Shown one piece after another: positions 1 through 14,127 of a stretch of DNA of 64,000 nt. Source of the stretch: Pecten maximus (taxonomy: Eukaryota); NCBI RefSeq assembly GCF_902652985.1, contig NC_047031.1, forward strand, positions 26,784,001 through 26,848,000. Direction: 5' to 3'. The notes beneath the pieces were generated by a model, which saw only the letters and a list, made by a program, of their open reading frames with translations, did not search any database and was not told the origin of the DNA. A program made the position numbers and the translations under genes. The first letter of the stretch is position 1; each line of letters opens with the position of its first letter.

Positions 1-46
1 GAAAATACTGGTGACTACATGTTTCATAATTGTTACACGTACCACA

Positions 47-258
47 GGGCCCTGCAGGGGTTATGTCCCGACACTTTAACACTAGCCCTCCACCTCTGGG
101 TTGCGAGTTCGAAACCTACTTGAATTGGGGCAGTTGCCAGGTACTGACCGTAGGCCGGTGGTTTTTCTCCGGGTACTCCGGCTTTCCTCCACCTCCAAAA
201 CCTGGCACGTCCTTAAATGACGTGGCTGTTAATAGGACGTTAAACAAAAACAAACCAT
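47..258 (+). mobile_element. tRNA-derived SINE with V-type central domain
   Basis: B-box-like GAGTTCGAAACC, V-domain-like GGTTTTTCTCCGGGTACTCCGGCTTTCCTCCACC and an (AAAC)n-type tail. Closely similar to copies near 42989, 49933 and 50719. Confidence 0.8.
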
Positions 259-1272
259 TGTAATGAATGTTTATGATAAAAATCAAAAGTAGAGCCGTGA
301 TCAGCATATATACATTTTGAATTTTATCATAAAACATTCATTACAAACCCCTGTGCACGTACTTTAAGATACTGCTAATTCAGTTTGATTGGACCACTAG
401 GTTTCACCTTTGGGTAAGTACTTTTGTACCCAAACTTGCATGAAGGACCATTGACGCTAAATTTAAAATTTTCATGTCAACATCCCCTATGGTGCTTTAG
501 CAAGACAGTTTTGACTTAAGTTGTATATAGATGCAAATTTATATAAAGAGATGTAAATTTTAGGTTTTCGGCAGGTAAATGGCCACATGTCACCCCCTAT
601 TACATATGTAACAGGTATGAAATATCATACAATGCACAGGTAAGACCTGACCCTACCTGACTAGGGACACATATAGAGTTTAAAAGTATGTACATACATA
701 TATCATGTTATGTATCTGATGTTTGGACAATTATAACCTTATTCTACTTACAATTGCCAAATCCAAATTTTTAAAGAAGAGTTAACTTAACTAAATGTTG
801 ATCCCAAATTGACGAGAGCAGTTTTTTCTACTGTTACATGCATATGTAATTGCTTTCCCCTGTTAAACATGAATGATTGATACACAAATGGCCCATGGCC
901 CAGGTGGTATTTTGATAAAGACGTTTTTTTAGCCCTTCAGGGAACATTTTCTTCACTGATGGTTTAATACTGAAGTTTCAATGACAATTGATTTACAAAT
1001 TTAACAGTTTTACCTACATATACAACTACTTACATTTGTTACAGTTGAAATGGTGCGTTTAATTGGTCCCTCCTAATTTCCCACTTTCTCAGATATCTTT
1101 TTTCTCCTTCCCTGATCTTCTCCACTCTCTTTTATCATCATCTTTTACTTCCCTGCTCTTTCTTACCATTTTTTATTTCTGTCTTGGTTTCTCATTGACA
1201 CATGTCCTCATTCGGCCCTGGCTGTTGGTGGTCCCCTAGAAACACACCTCTCCTCATATGACCGTAAGCTGT

Positions 1273-1382
1273 GGGTATTTCTGGCTAGGCGATTGGGTGC
1301 CGTAGATCGTGAGTTCGAGGCCCGGTCAGGGCACGAGTCATAAAGTTGTCTTTCTTCGTCAGTTGTGTTACTATGTTATATA
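1273..1382 (+). mobile_element. Short tRNA-related interspersed repeat (SINE fragment)
   Basis: GGGTATTTCTGGCTAGGCGATTGGGTGCCGTAGATCGTGAGTTCGAGGCCCGGTCAGGGCACGAGTCA has a B-box-like motif. A reverse-complement copy lies at about 40937-41049. Confidence 0.6.
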
Positions 1383-2003
1383 ATGTATTATTGTATATAT
1401 ATATATATAGTGTTGTCCATCTGTCGGTTGGATGTAATTAACTTTAAAGATCTCCTCTTCTCCTCTCAAATTCTTTTTCATTGAAAGTTGGCTTTGTAAT
1501 CATGGTATATATATATATGTATACAAGTATTAAGGTAAAAGTAGAAATTCAAAAAGTAATTTTGCAGATAAAACTGGATCCTTGCAAAGGTATGTCTGTA
1601 GGATACAAATTACTTGAAATGTTTATATGTTGTATATGCTAAATTGCATTCCATCATAGAACATGGCTCCATCTGTAATGTCACGCTAGCATCCGCCTTT
1701 GGCCCACACCAGCCGAAGGGTTCTTGGTTGTTATTTCAACTATCACCAAAAACATTACTTTTACTGTACCTTATTGTTGTATTTTCTAGTACTGCATGTT
1801 TATATCATGGGATTGTATTGGTATTCTTTGTGTCTCGATAATGGGGCGGATTGCCTCGAAAATTTGACAATTTCAATTGTCCACACTGTTTGAATTACTT
1901 CTTTGCCCCATATATATATGTATGTATGGTTGTACTTCTTAAAGCAATAATGTGAATTAACATTTTTCGAAAGAGTTAATGGAGTTATTGCCCTTTGTTT
2001 ATT

Positions 2004-2690
2004 GGCCTCCTTATGGTGAATCCAGGGGAGGGGGGGGGGGGGGGGGGACTATAGTTTTCATCTCCCTCCATCTTATATGTACGTATGATCAAATTTCACA
2101 CAATGTTAAAGGACAAGTTTAAGTTTTAGAGTTGTTAGGTCAAGGTCATTATTACTTATATGTTAAAGAAAAATTTAAGTCCTTGTTTACACTCTGGTGA
2201 CTTCCTTCCTGGGGTCGAACTTCACACAGTTATTAAAGACCATAATGTCTTGGACAAGTTTGAGTTCTGGAGTTGTTCGTCAAGGTCAAGGACAAGTTTG
2301 AGTTCTGGTGTTGTTCGTCAAGGTCAAGGTCAAGCTAGGTCACCATTACTAATTTTAGAAAATTTCTTCTTAGCATTTTACTCTGTTCCTAAATTCCTTG
2401 AGAGATTTTTATCAAACCTTACCCAAATACAAAGGATGATAATATCTTGAACATATTCCAGTCTCAATGTTGTTTGGATATGATCAAGGTCATAGTTACT
2501 ACTCTCAGACAATCCTTTGTCAGTATTTCTTTGTCAGTACTGTAGCGGCTTCATTCCTTGAAGGATTAGGATCAAACTTCACATTATTATAAAGGATCAT
2601 AATATCTTAATGGACCAGTTTCTTTATAAATCATACTACAGTGTAATAGCTAGCAGAGGTCGTTGGGGGACATGTATTCTGTATACTTGT
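2004..2690 (+). mobile_element. Degenerate Helentron-type non-autonomous element (HINE-like)
   Basis: Repeated AAGGTCAAGGTCA...ATTACT motifs, a GGGGACTATAG head and a GGGGGACAT-like end. A related fragment lies at about 3470-3680. Boundaries are approximate. Confidence 0.4.
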
Positions 2691-4814
2691 TTTAGCAATT
2701 TTTATAGGGCCGTCCTGCAATACTGCAATAGTATTGTATATTTAGCAATACAATTTATACAATGTACAATGTATTTTGTATTTACTCTTATATTTTAAAT
2801 AATGATTTAAAAAAAAAAAAGATTTGCATGCAAATAATGTAAACAATCACATTGCGCCCATTTTGAGTACCGACCTGACAATCTACATGTGTACAAGAAG
2901 GGCCAAAACGCAACTCTGCCTATACGAATACTCCGGTTATTTGCTTAACTTTTTTTTGTCAAAGAAAATGAGCTATGCAAACAAGCGGGTTGCTCTGTAC
3001 TTATAAATATTTCTGTCTAAGTGAAATGTTGCACTGGTTTGTTTACATGAACTGTATACAACGTGTTTGTGGATCATCAGGTGATCACAAAGGTCAGGGT
3101 TTATCTCATGAGGTCATCCATTATTTACCAACAAGATAAACCAACATCATGTTTACTTACATTACATGTATGACTAAAATGTGATATTCATGTATATTTA
3201 CATATATCTGTAAAATAGCTAACTCAGGAAAATTTTACTAACTATTTAAACCCCAATTTTGTGTGAAATTAATTTAAGATCAAAATTGCAAATAACTTTT
3301 TTTTTCTGCATGGCTTTTTATTCTTCCCATACCAACATCAGAACACAGGAAATGACATGTACATTTTTTTTATATGTTACATACACAGAAATCCATATTT
3401 TGATTGATTTTGAAATTTGTTGCCCTCGGCTTTAAACTCCGTGACACTTGAGTTATATACGATCCCTACTATTTCACCAGGGGGACTATACAGTAGGTTT
3501 CCACCTTGTCTGTCCATTTGTCCCTCCGTCCACTCAGTTTTCCTCACTTTTCTCAGCCATGCTTCCAGGTATATGTCAGTGAAAGTTGGTATGTAACTTA
3601 AGCATGTCAGGGTTTTTGGGTCAATGTCAAGGTCACTGTTACAATATTTAGTGGCCGGGTGTCACTTGTGTGTTAACAGCCTAATTATAGTATTCAATGA
3701 TAGAATTTTCTCTTAGACACGTTCCATTCCATTAGAAAAAATGTCCAGAAGTTGCTACAGGATTTCACATCGTTTCATATACATGTCCCAGAGTGTCATT
3801 GATAATTGACAAACTTAAAATACATTATAGCATTCAAATGAGTTTTCTCGGTCATTCCTATATAAACCATAATCAGCTACTCTAGCGCACGTGATCCTCT
3901 CGTGTACTTCCCTAGAAACTAAGCTGAATGTTATAACAAATAAATTAACATGCATATGCAAATGAGGTTAAATTAATTAATTTTAAATCTGTATCAAAAT
4001 TACTGGTTATGTTGTTACACATACCTTGAGACCAAAATGATACTCTATCATCAGAATCGTCACTGCATATATACATGTAACAGTATAGATTTAAATATAT
4101 TTGTAGTAGTATAGAACTTTGAATACATGTAATAATAAAGAACAGTTGTTATCTTCACAATTTAACAAGTAATATGATATATGCCACAAATATGCAAAAT
4201 ATTCATTTGTATGATTAATTCATGTTTTAAATTCTAGTTTAAAATCATTATGTTTATGCACATTTTTAATCTGGTGTATTTTCAGAAAGTTAGATAAAAA
4301 TGATCAAAATTATTTTCATCCTCTTTCAAGGTCATAGATGTCAATAATGTCAACTACAAACATAATTTTAAACAAATCTTCTATTTTATTGTGGGACATG
4401 CATTAATGTTCATCTTGTCCAGACAAGAAATGACTTTGAAGGGCACATGTAATATACATGTATGTTTAATCCTATATAAACTCTTATTGAATAAAACATT
4501 TTCTTTGTGTTGCTTTTAGTCAATGTATTGGCCATTTGAGCATAGGCCTGAAAAACCTAACAACCCTATATTTTTGTGCTATTTTCAAGAAGGACTATTA
4601 AAGTGAAGTGTCCGTATATACCTTTATCAAAATTTGTTTAAAATTAAAAAAAAGAAAAGATCCCAAGCTATTAGCTGTACCTTCCCTACATTTTTCTGGC
4701 ATGTTAGTGCTATTTTTAGGCCTGATTAAAGGATAGATACAGTAACTAAATAAATGTTGTCTGTAATTGTAGGCTATTGTTGCTGTGCTGAAAAAGAAAC
4801 CTCCGGAACCCACG

Positions 4815-6563
4815 ATGGCCACAGAACAGATCTACACGCGATCCTTGACAGAGGGTCTCCGTCGACTTCTGACAACCGGGGAACACAACGACGTCACAAT
4901 CCTTGTCGGCACAAAAACATTCCATTGCCATCGTCTCATCCTTGTAGCGCTATCATCCTACTTCGAAGCCATGTTCAATTCCGGAATGAAAGAAAGTATC
5001 AGTGGAGAAATAAAATTCCCCGACATGAACGAGGACCAATTTGAAATGGTGCTGGGATATATGTATTCTGGCAAGATTAATTTGGTGACAGAAAACGCTA
5101 TGGATATCCTAGATATAGCCTCCATATTGCAGATCAAGTCCCTACAAAGAATTTGTGAGGAATTTCTGCTTCCTCATCTAACAAAAGAAAACTGTATCAA
5201 GATCTGGAAAATTTCGGTCCTTCATTCATGTGATGTTCTCAGTGAGAAATCTTTCCAGATGATGGTGAAAAATTTCCAGGACATTTGCAAAGCTGAAGAG
5301 TTCAATGAACTGGAAGCTAAAGAGCTTGCAACGATACTGAAGGAGGATGATTTGAATGTTGAGAGTGAAGACAAACTTTGTGACATAGTGTTAAAGTGGA
5401 TAAAAAAAGACAAAGATGTGCGTACAAAGGATGTCGGACTGCTGTTTGAGAATATACGATTGCCTTTCCTCAAACCGGAGTACCTTCTAAATCTGGAGGA
5501 AGTCTACAAGTTTCTGAAGGATGACCCAAACTGTGCCAAATGTATAGACTTTGCCAAAAAGTACCATCTCCTTCCCGCACGTCAGCAAGAGATGTATAGC
5601 AATCAGACGCGATTCCGTAGCACAGCCGACTCCGAGGAAGTCCTTGTGTTACTGGGCGGATGTCTGACTACATCCCCGCCCTACTCAAGATCCCTCAAAG
5701 TGCCATGTTACAACTTCAGAAAGAGGGTGTGGTACGAGATTGCCCCTCTGCCCTTTGACCCCGGTATCGAGTTTGCGACATGTACATACAAGTCTGATAT
5801 CTACATAACTGGAGGTGGCTCTATGCAGAACTGCCTTCTCAAGTACGACTACAACAAGAACAAGTGGACACAGCTATGTACTATGAAGAGTGGTCGACGA
5901 CGACACGCCATGGTAGCTGTCACTGGGTACCTATATGTTATGGGTGGCTATGACAACAAACTAGCAGACGGTTCACGAATGATTTCCAGTATTGAACGTT
6001 ACGACATTCGCGAGGATGCATGGGAACATGTTGCAGATTTGATCATTCCGGTCAGTTCATTTTCGGCTGCGGTGATGTCGGACGTGATTTACATGTTCGG
6101 GGGAGAAATGAACGACCGTAAGGATACGTCGGTGATTCAATGTTATGACACACGCTTAATGACCACGTCAAAGATGGTGTGTAAGATTCTCCATCCTTGT
6201 AAACTCACACGTGCTGTGATATGTGGAAAGAGGGTGTTTCTGATCTTTTTTGATGGACAAGTGATGGAGTTTTCTCGGCACACGCAAGACAACACACGCG
6301 GGACGTGTCGTATGGTAGGTCAGCTCACTGCATTCCAGCGAATCCACTTCGGTGTGATCCATTTCCAGGGGAACGTGTTGGTATTAGGAGGGGAAATTGA
6401 CACTAACACTCTCTGTGACGATATGATCATGTTTGACCCCACAACCTCGGGTTGTAAGAAATTACTGGACACTCTCCCCGCTCCACGATTGATTGACAGC
6501 TGTGTCAAAACAGCCGTTAAGAAGAAATTTCTACAGATCCCGGAGGAACCAGATCCCAGATAA
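4815..6563 (+). CDS. Kelch-like protein (BTB-BACK-Kelch, KLHL family; putative Cullin-3 substrate adaptor), single coding exon
   Basis: BTB (DVTILVGTKTFHCHRLILVALSSYFEAMF), BACK (ENCIKIW...LNVESED...WIK...IRLPFL) and Kelch repeats with GG/Y/W signatures (IYITGG, LYVMGG, IYMFGG, VLVLGG). First ATG is at 4815 (the ORF track starts at a GTG). Likely splice acceptor TTGTAG ends at 4772. Confidence 0.95.
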   Translation: MATEQIYTRSLTEGLRRLLTTGEHNDVTILVGTKTFHCHRLILVALSSYFEAMFNSGMKESISGEIKFPDMNEDQFEMVLGYMYSGKINLVTENAMDILDIASILQIKSLQRICEEFLLPHLTKENCIKIWKISVLHSCDVLSEKSFQMMVKNFQDICKAEEFNELEAKELATILKEDDLNVESEDKLCDIVLKWIKKDKDVRTKDVGLLFENIRLPFLKPEYLLNLEEVYKFLKDDPNCAKCIDFAKKYHLLPARQQEMYSNQTRFRSTADSEEVLVLLGGCLTTSPPYSRSLKVPCYNFRKRVWYEIAPLPFDPGIEFATCTYKSDIYITGGGSMQNCLLKYDYNKNKWTQLCTMKSGRRRHAMVAVTGYLYVMGGYDNKLADGSRMISSIERYDIREDAWEHVADLIIPVSSFSAAVMSDVIYMFGGEMNDRKDTSVIQCYDTRLMTTSKMVCKILHPCKLTRAVICGKRVFLIFFDGQVMEFSRHTQDNTRGTCRMVGQLTAFQRIHFGVIHFQGNVLVLGGEIDTNTLCDDMIMFDPTTSGCKKLLDTLPAPRLIDSCVKTAVKKKFLQIPEEPDPR

Positions 6564-6680
6564 TGCCAATTGGTGGGCACTTTTCAGGATAATATATTGA
6601 TGCCAAATCTTCAGAACAGTGAAAGCTGTTAGACATTATGAGAGTTCCACTGAGGAATATATACACAGATCAATCATTGT

Positions 6681-6770
6681 TTAACCCTTTCATCCCTACT
6701 GACCATATTGGATTTCAAAGATGAATGAATGGCAGAGTCCACTTAAGTTTCTTAGAGTTGAAAGGTTTAA
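6681..6770. mobile_element. Small TTAA-flanked MITE (piggyBac-like ends)
   Basis: TTAACCCTTTCA ... TGAAAGGTTTAA imperfect terminal inverted repeats. Confidence 0.4.
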
Positions 6771-8307
6771 AGACAAAGATTAAGAGATTTCTGTCCTTGT
6801 GCCATAATAGTTGTCCTATTGTTTGGGGTTTTGACATATGTATTTACTAGTTTTAAATTACCTGCATGGTGCCAGCCTCAACAATATTCACTGACTAAGG
6901 AAATTCCTGAATTCGAAATTTTCCATAGGAAATCATTTTAATTCATCGAAATTTAAGTAAAGTGTCTTAGCTGTCTACAATGTTTTATTTTTGAATAGTG
7001 CTTTCCTAATAAAAATTTAAGTTTAGGAATTTCTTTAAGTTATAGAATGTTGATGAAACTGAGGTGAGGTAATTACAAAATTGCAGTAATTTGTGTAAGA
7101 ATTAAGGTAATACTCTTTTTAAGGGAGATAACTCTGATATAAAGAATGACAGGTTAAAGTGTGTAAGGTAGCATGTATTCTAAAGGGAGATAACTGTTAT
7201 ACACATATATGATATGAGATCAAGCACAGTTCTTTGGTATCTCTTTATTTTTTAGGGATATGTTATATGTTACATATATGTAGCTGTATAACAGAATATA
7301 TTAAGGGAAACAACTCTAGCTTAATAACAAAATATTTTAAAGGGAAAGAACTCTAATAACAATCATTATCAAAATATTGTTGGGTTCTTTGCCAACATTA
7401 TGAATGTGTATAATATATTGTAATACCTACAACTTTACTAACTGCATTTATATGTTGTTGACTTTTGGTCAGGTACACTTTTGAATTACCATGATTTTAA
7501 CTGTAAATGCTCCAGTATTATATACATTAATTTTGTACATCATTTAAGTCAGTCGAAGCCTCATCTAGGCTTTGTCATAAAATATGCAATGTCGTCATGT
7601 CCTGCCACAATGTAAACCTTCAGCTGGTCCAGTACTGCACCAGCCAAGGGTTACTTGTAGGTTGGCAGAATAAACTACTCAGTGGTTCATACATGTAGTT
7701 GGTATTTGTTCATTAGTAACTTCCACAGGTTTGTTTTTAATAAATAAAATGAAGCACATATATAAAACACCCAAAATCAAAAAGAAAAAAAAAAATCAAA
7801 AGTATGCATATCATGATCAATTGGCAACAAATTTTATTGATATACTGTAATAGGAAAGGTTGGATTAATCATGACTACACTTCACCACTACAAAATGTTC
7901 TAGGAATCCACTGTTACAATAGGCAAACTGCAGGTGCATACATCGGAAAGCCTTGTCTAATCATAACTGATAGTGTATACTTAGGTTCACAGTTGATTTT
8001 CCATCACAACTGACGGATAACTGTTCTATACAGTAGGGAACTCTATTACAAATATAATCTATGACCATTACACCTTGCATTCCTTTGTGTATTTCATGAT
8101 TCAAATTTCATGACCAGGTTCGAGGATCAAATATGATAATGTGTTTGTTTTTGGTGTAGATCTATCCATATGGGTTATGTGCCTTTTCCCAAAATCAATT
8201 TGCTCAAGGTCTCTTATCTCTGCAATGACATTATATACTTTATAATTTGAAATTATAAAAAAAAAAAATTTTTTCAATGTGAGTGCCATCAGAATGTGTT
8301 TACAATT

Positions 8308-8575
8308 GCAATTGTAGTGATCATGATGTCATTAGAACTTGTTCACAATTGTAGTGATGTCATAAGAACAGGTGCACAATTGTAATGATGTCATTGGAAA
8401 AGGTACACAATTGTAGTGATGTCATAAGAACAGGTGCACAATTGTAATGATGTCATTGGAAAAGGTACACAATTGTAGTGATGTCATAAGAACAGGTGCA
8501 CAATTTTAATGATGTCATATAAGAACAGAGGAACAATTGTAGTGATGTCATAAGAACAGGTGCACAGTTGTAGTA
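8308..8575. repeat. 31-bp minisatellite with alternating variants (62-bp higher-order dimer)
   Basis: ACAATTGTAGTGATGTCATAAGAACAGGTGC alternates with ACAATTGTAATGATGTCATTGGAAAAGGTAC. Confidence 0.9.
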
Positions 8576-9197
8576 ATATGTAACATATTACCATCAACAT
8601 CATTGGGGTTTTTTTTTTTTGACTGATCATTACTTAAGTGTGTCAAGTTCGGATTGCTTAAGAAGTGAAAAAATATTGGTCATTAAACCATGTACATCAC
8701 TGTCATTTAGACTTTGTTAACAATTGATTTTTTGGATGTCTCTGATGAAAAAGTTTATTAAATGTGGATTTGAATTTTCTTCTTTTTTTTTTTTTAAATG
8801 AATGTTTATTTCAAAAGATAAATGATATGCAAGAAGTCTGTAAAAGTCAGAGATCTGAATATGATAATTGAAGTGCTCATTTTTAAAATCATCATCATTG
8901 GTCATGTTTGTACTTTATAGACTGACAGAGAAGTGAAGTACCCATTGTTGGGTGTAAGTTACTCATTGTTTACGATGAGATAATTTGACGTAACTGCAGA
9001 TTGTTTTGTGGAAAACGGGGAAGTAGATTTTGTAGGAAATCCAGCTGGCCTGAAACAATAAACCACTGAGGACATAACCAGGAAATTGGAATTGGAGATA
9101 TAAGTATGTGTTAACTATCTCCATGGTTACCTGCCTGAAAATACCGGGAAGTATTTAATTGTTTGTGTACAGGTTAGCCATATATATAGTATATTGT

Positions 9198-9752
9198 ATG
9201 ACAGGGGCTTGGTATGGATTCTCAACTCAATGTTCGTATATATATGTTTTATATTATCACAGGGGCTTGGTACGAATTCTCAACTCAATGTCCATATATA
9301 TGTGTTGTAATATCATGTCACAGGGGCCCCCCAGGCTTGGTACGAATTCTCAACTCATATCCATATATATGTGTTGTAATATCACAGGGGCTTGGTGTGA
9401 ATTCTCTACGGAATTTCCACATATATGTATTATGATATCACAGGGACTTGGTGTGAATTCTCTACGGAATTTCCACATACATGTATTATGATATCACAGG
9501 GACTTGGTGTGAATTCTCTACGGAATTTCCACATATATGTATTATGATATCACAGGGACTTGGTGTGAATTCTCTACGGAATTTCCACATATATGTATTA
9601 TGATATCACAGGGACTTGGTGTGAATTCTCTACGGAATTTCCACATATATGTATTATGATATCACAGGGACTTGGTGTGAATTATCTACGGAATATCCAC
9701 ATATATGTATTAACATATCACAGGGACTTGGTGTGAATTCTCAACTCAATGT
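9198..9752. repeat. About 56-bp minisatellite, roughly 9-10 units
   Basis: Unit ATCACAGGGACTTGGTGTGAATTCTCTACGGAATTTCCACATATATGTATTATGAT. The central units are nearly identical and the edge units diverged. Confidence 0.95.
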
Positions 9753-12700
9753 CAATGTTTTATAGAATAACAGGGGCACGAAAATTCCCTGTGTTACTAT
9801 ATGATACATATGTATGGACCGTGGGCTGGCAATTTGTGTGTACATTGACTCTCAACCAATGTAAGAAACAATTTTATAGGTTGAAAATCCAGGGAAGAAT
9901 AATTTGAAAGCTTAGGAAACCAATTAATCCTGAAGCTGGGAATATACAAAATTTCATGAATCCTTATGAGATTACGGCTGGCTATACCAGAAGTTTATCA
10001 AAAGTAATGATATCGATGCCAAAAACCACATTTGTTGAAAATATAAAAGTCTCGTTCATGTGTAAATGCCAGTTATTTGGCAGCAAAAAATATATTATAA
10101 GTTTATCTTGTATGTATTAGGGGAATCCATTAGTTGTGAAGTTCTGCATGGATCCTGGGTTTGAGTCCTATTTTGTATCATCCTTCTCCTCCTATTGATC
10201 ATGTCTTGTTTGGATTAACAATCTCTTTAATATTGTGTTACTTACTTACAAAGTCCATACTTTATCACGGTCAATCTGTTGACGGCTGTAAATTCTTGGA
10301 TTTTTTTGTTATCCACCCAATTATGTAATCCAAAATGACTATATATTCAGCCATCCTGTCACAACAAATTAGGATGAGGTTGATTTGTTCAGTTTGATTC
10401 ATCATGAACCTTATAAATAAGGGTATGACTAAGTTAGCTTTAATTTGATTTCTGATCTGTTTATATTGTTTTATCAAAGCTTTAAGGATTACTTATGTAC
10501 ATTGTATACATATATATACCTGGTATGGTGTGTCATGAGAAGGGAGGTAACTCTTGTTAAACCAGTAGTAATTTTAAAACACAACTGGTTTGAAAGAGAA
10601 ACATATTTTCCAGAATTAAAAACATGCTAATTTAGGGCCCAAATGAAGGTTTGAGAAGTTTCTGTATTGTGTATATAATTAAAATAATTTATCACCTATG
10701 TTGCATAATATGATGCAATTTTCAGACTTTGATTTACACAGTCAGGTATTTTGTAGGACTCTGAATGTGTTTACATTGGTACCTGATGGGAAGGTTGAAT
10801 TTGTAATCTTATGCATTTACAGGAAAGGGGAGATAACTCCATCAATACAGAGAAAACATAACATTCAAAATTTTGCAGAGTGTCAAAAAACAAGACACTT
10901 TGAAGTCCTTCTCATCAGATAATGAAATCACGACAATTTAGAATGCTTCTCATGATCATCGGGTAAATAAAAACAGCAAACTTAAAAATACTTCTTATCA
11001 GATTATTTCAACCTCTCTTACCGTCAGCTGGTGTCAAAATATATATCCGTGAGAATGTGACATGTTCATGTACATTTGAGCATGGTTTTATTGTGTATTT
11101 GCATTTTTATAGAGCGTTTGACCACAGTTTGTATATTAACATTGTATACTGATATGAATGTGTAAAAACTAGTCTGGTCATTGTTAACGCCGTCTATAAT
11201 GTTTATTGTTTTGCTTTGTGAATGAGATCACAGTGCCTTTTGTACATATTTCCAGTAAATCAGGGCTATATAATCTTGGGTTTTACTAATAGTGACGATC
11301 TTTCAAACTATTCTTAATTAAAGTAAATCGTTAAAAATAATTTGGAAAATAATACTGTAATAATTAAATATTGTACACTGTACTGTGATGGAAAATCATA
11401 ACTTCATCCACATTTATATATATAAATGGAAGAACAAAAAGAAAATTTCCTTGATTCATGGTATGTGAATCTGGATTGCGCTCACATACCAATGTTTCAT
11501 AATTCCTTGGTAAAATCTATCTTTCAAAATCAAAATAGACGGGGAGTGGGAGATCAAACAGTCATGCTTGTAGTTTCATTGCAGTTCTGTGATGTCCAGC
11601 AGATAGATTCCACAAGGAATATAAGAGCCCGGCTGTAGGGTTCAGTAATCAGAAGTGAAAACTGACCATAACAACATCTCCTTGGGTATATCGGTATCGA
11701 GATAGATGATTTGATGTTTTGATAAGTACTTCTAAGGTCCTTGTCAGAAGAAGACCTGACACATGGGATCATTTTGTATTTGGACAAAAAATATATTGTT
11801 TTGTTATAAAATTCTCAAATAATTGTGCCAATATCAAGAGCGTACATATATTTACAACTGTTTTGGTGTCTGCTTAATTGATCACTATTGATAAGCTATT
11901 GTTTGAAAAAATGCTATTATCATAATTTGTTTATGCTCGTAAACAGAATTTTTCAACATTTTCAAATTTCAATTCAAGAAAAAATTTACTTCTTGCAATT
12001 GTCTGTCCTGTATTTAACAAGAACCTGTCAATAAAGATCATTTGCTTCTGCCTCCAATATAACAGAACTCATTGTAAAATAACCTTTATATAATGGTCAC
12101 CTGCCCCTTTTCTCTGCTGCTATGAATGTCCTTTATCATGAATTATGGACAAGTTTTGCAGTATCATATACCAAAGGATTATAAAAATTGTACACAGTTG
12201 AATTGTAAATTCAAATATAAGTTTAATAAATCAAACTTTCATTAAATATACAAATATTTGATGATGATTTTACTGTATAATTGTTAAATTTCAGAGGGTT
12301 TAGGCAACCATTTTTTGTACATCGGTTATCTACTTCATTTGGTTGGATTTTTTTTTAATTTTTGAAATTTTAACCAATTTTTACATTAGAGACATTAGAC
12401 ACACAATCTTCCATTATTATACAAATCAAATCAATAATTGGATAACAGATATTAACAACAGCCAAACAATACATTTAAACGACAAAACAAGAAAAAACAC
12501 ATAAAACATATTGATTTTTGCTCTATATTTAATTACCTTGTGAATATAAAGTAATAGATTTGCATCCTAATGCTTGATTGTGAAAGGGGCATTCCTTCGT
12601 TTGAATTAAGTTGATGTCAAAATTAAACTTACAGGTAATCTTTACATTAATACAGCAAATTTACATTCAAGATAAACCAAAGTTCTTTGAGTATTAAGTC

Positions 12701-13769
12701 CTGAAAATTCTTAATTCGGCCCAAAGTATCATTAATTACCGCAACGACATACAGTATTCTTGTACGATACGTCTTTTTCCTACACATTTCAGTGTTTATT
12801 TCATAACTTGTAGGCACAAACAATCATATAATCACCGTTCTGACATAGATTTTATCGATACAAACTGTGCATGTTTTTGGTGTCCGAATGACGGAATGCC
12901 CCTTTAAAAATTATTGATGCCATTGGCAACTAACACCATTTTAGTTATCAGAACACTTGCACATTCTTGCCTTGAAGGTCGTCCTATATTTACAGGTGTG
13001 CTAGGTCTAGGTTGGTTTACTTCTTCAAATCTGAGATTTACCTATTGTCTATCTAATTATCTCTCGTCTTTCTGAGTACGGCCTTATTTTATATTTTTGT
13101 ACACCATGAAGAAATTTTCCTTTATTTGGCTAACAGACACTATATATATGTAGATACATTGAAAGTAGATATGATATGGATGTCTCTTGTCATTTGATAT
13201 TTAAATCATAAAAAGCTAATGTTAAATATCTTTACAATGTAAGTGTGCTTTGGAATTTATTGATACAGATTTAAATTTGATCCACTGAAAGGGACCAATG
13301 CTTGAATGTGATATCTTTTTTGTGAAAATTTGTTGCTGTTAAGCTGGAGTTTTTGGACTAATATTATATTTATTTAATCAAGAGGTTTTGGAGTGTTGGC
13401 ATGTGTAGTGATCTTTATTTTCATTTCTTAAATTTGGCTTGTTTCCTCAATGCTACGTAGACTGAAAATTGTAAACAAACCATATGTTTACGTATTTATG
13501 TTACTGTTACAAGTGATATACAGTGTATAAGTAATGATATGTAAGAGACGTTATGAACGGTATCAATACAACGACCGAGATTTGAATACAGAAGGTCATT
13601 GTTGTGACCTTATAAGATACCAAGATTCTCCATATAATTATATTAATATATATATATATGTACACTTTCATGACTATAACCAATTCAACGACAAAGAATC
13701 TTTGATACTTTCTTACAAAAAATGATATACCAGGTACAGAAACTGTGACTATTTTTCATTAAATTTTCA

Positions 13770-14127
13770 GCAGTGAAATATCGAAAATATTCATTCTATA
13801 AAAGTGATACTTTTCACAAGTAAAATAAATAAACTTTACTGATTTTTTTCGCTAGAAAATATCACTTTTTCCTGATTTGACCTATCAAAACACTGCTTAC
13901 AAACGACAATACGGAAAATAAAAGCTGACCCTGATATGTTTTGCTCTAAAATGTAATAAACAGAATATCTAAAAGTATCTTTAGTAATACCAAATATATT
14001 TCACTCGTACCGCAAACATTTTGATGTTTTTCACTGGTGCTTCGTACTCGTGAAAAATATCAAAATATTAGACCGCTGGTGAAATATATTTGGTATTACA
14101 GAAGACATTGTTTGGTATCCTCTATAT
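13770..14127. mobile_element. Non-autonomous DNA element with terminal fold-back
   Basis: Inverted arms CAGAATATCT...GTAATACCAAATATATTTCAC and GTGAAATATATTTGGTATTAC...TATCCTCTAT. A second family copy lies at about 29060-29491. Confidence 0.6.

Noticed and set aside
8308-9752. Regular 31-bp and 56-bp repeats resembling CRISPR arrays
   Set aside because: They are head-to-tail units with no unique spacers and no cas genes, in a eukaryotic context. They are minisatellites.
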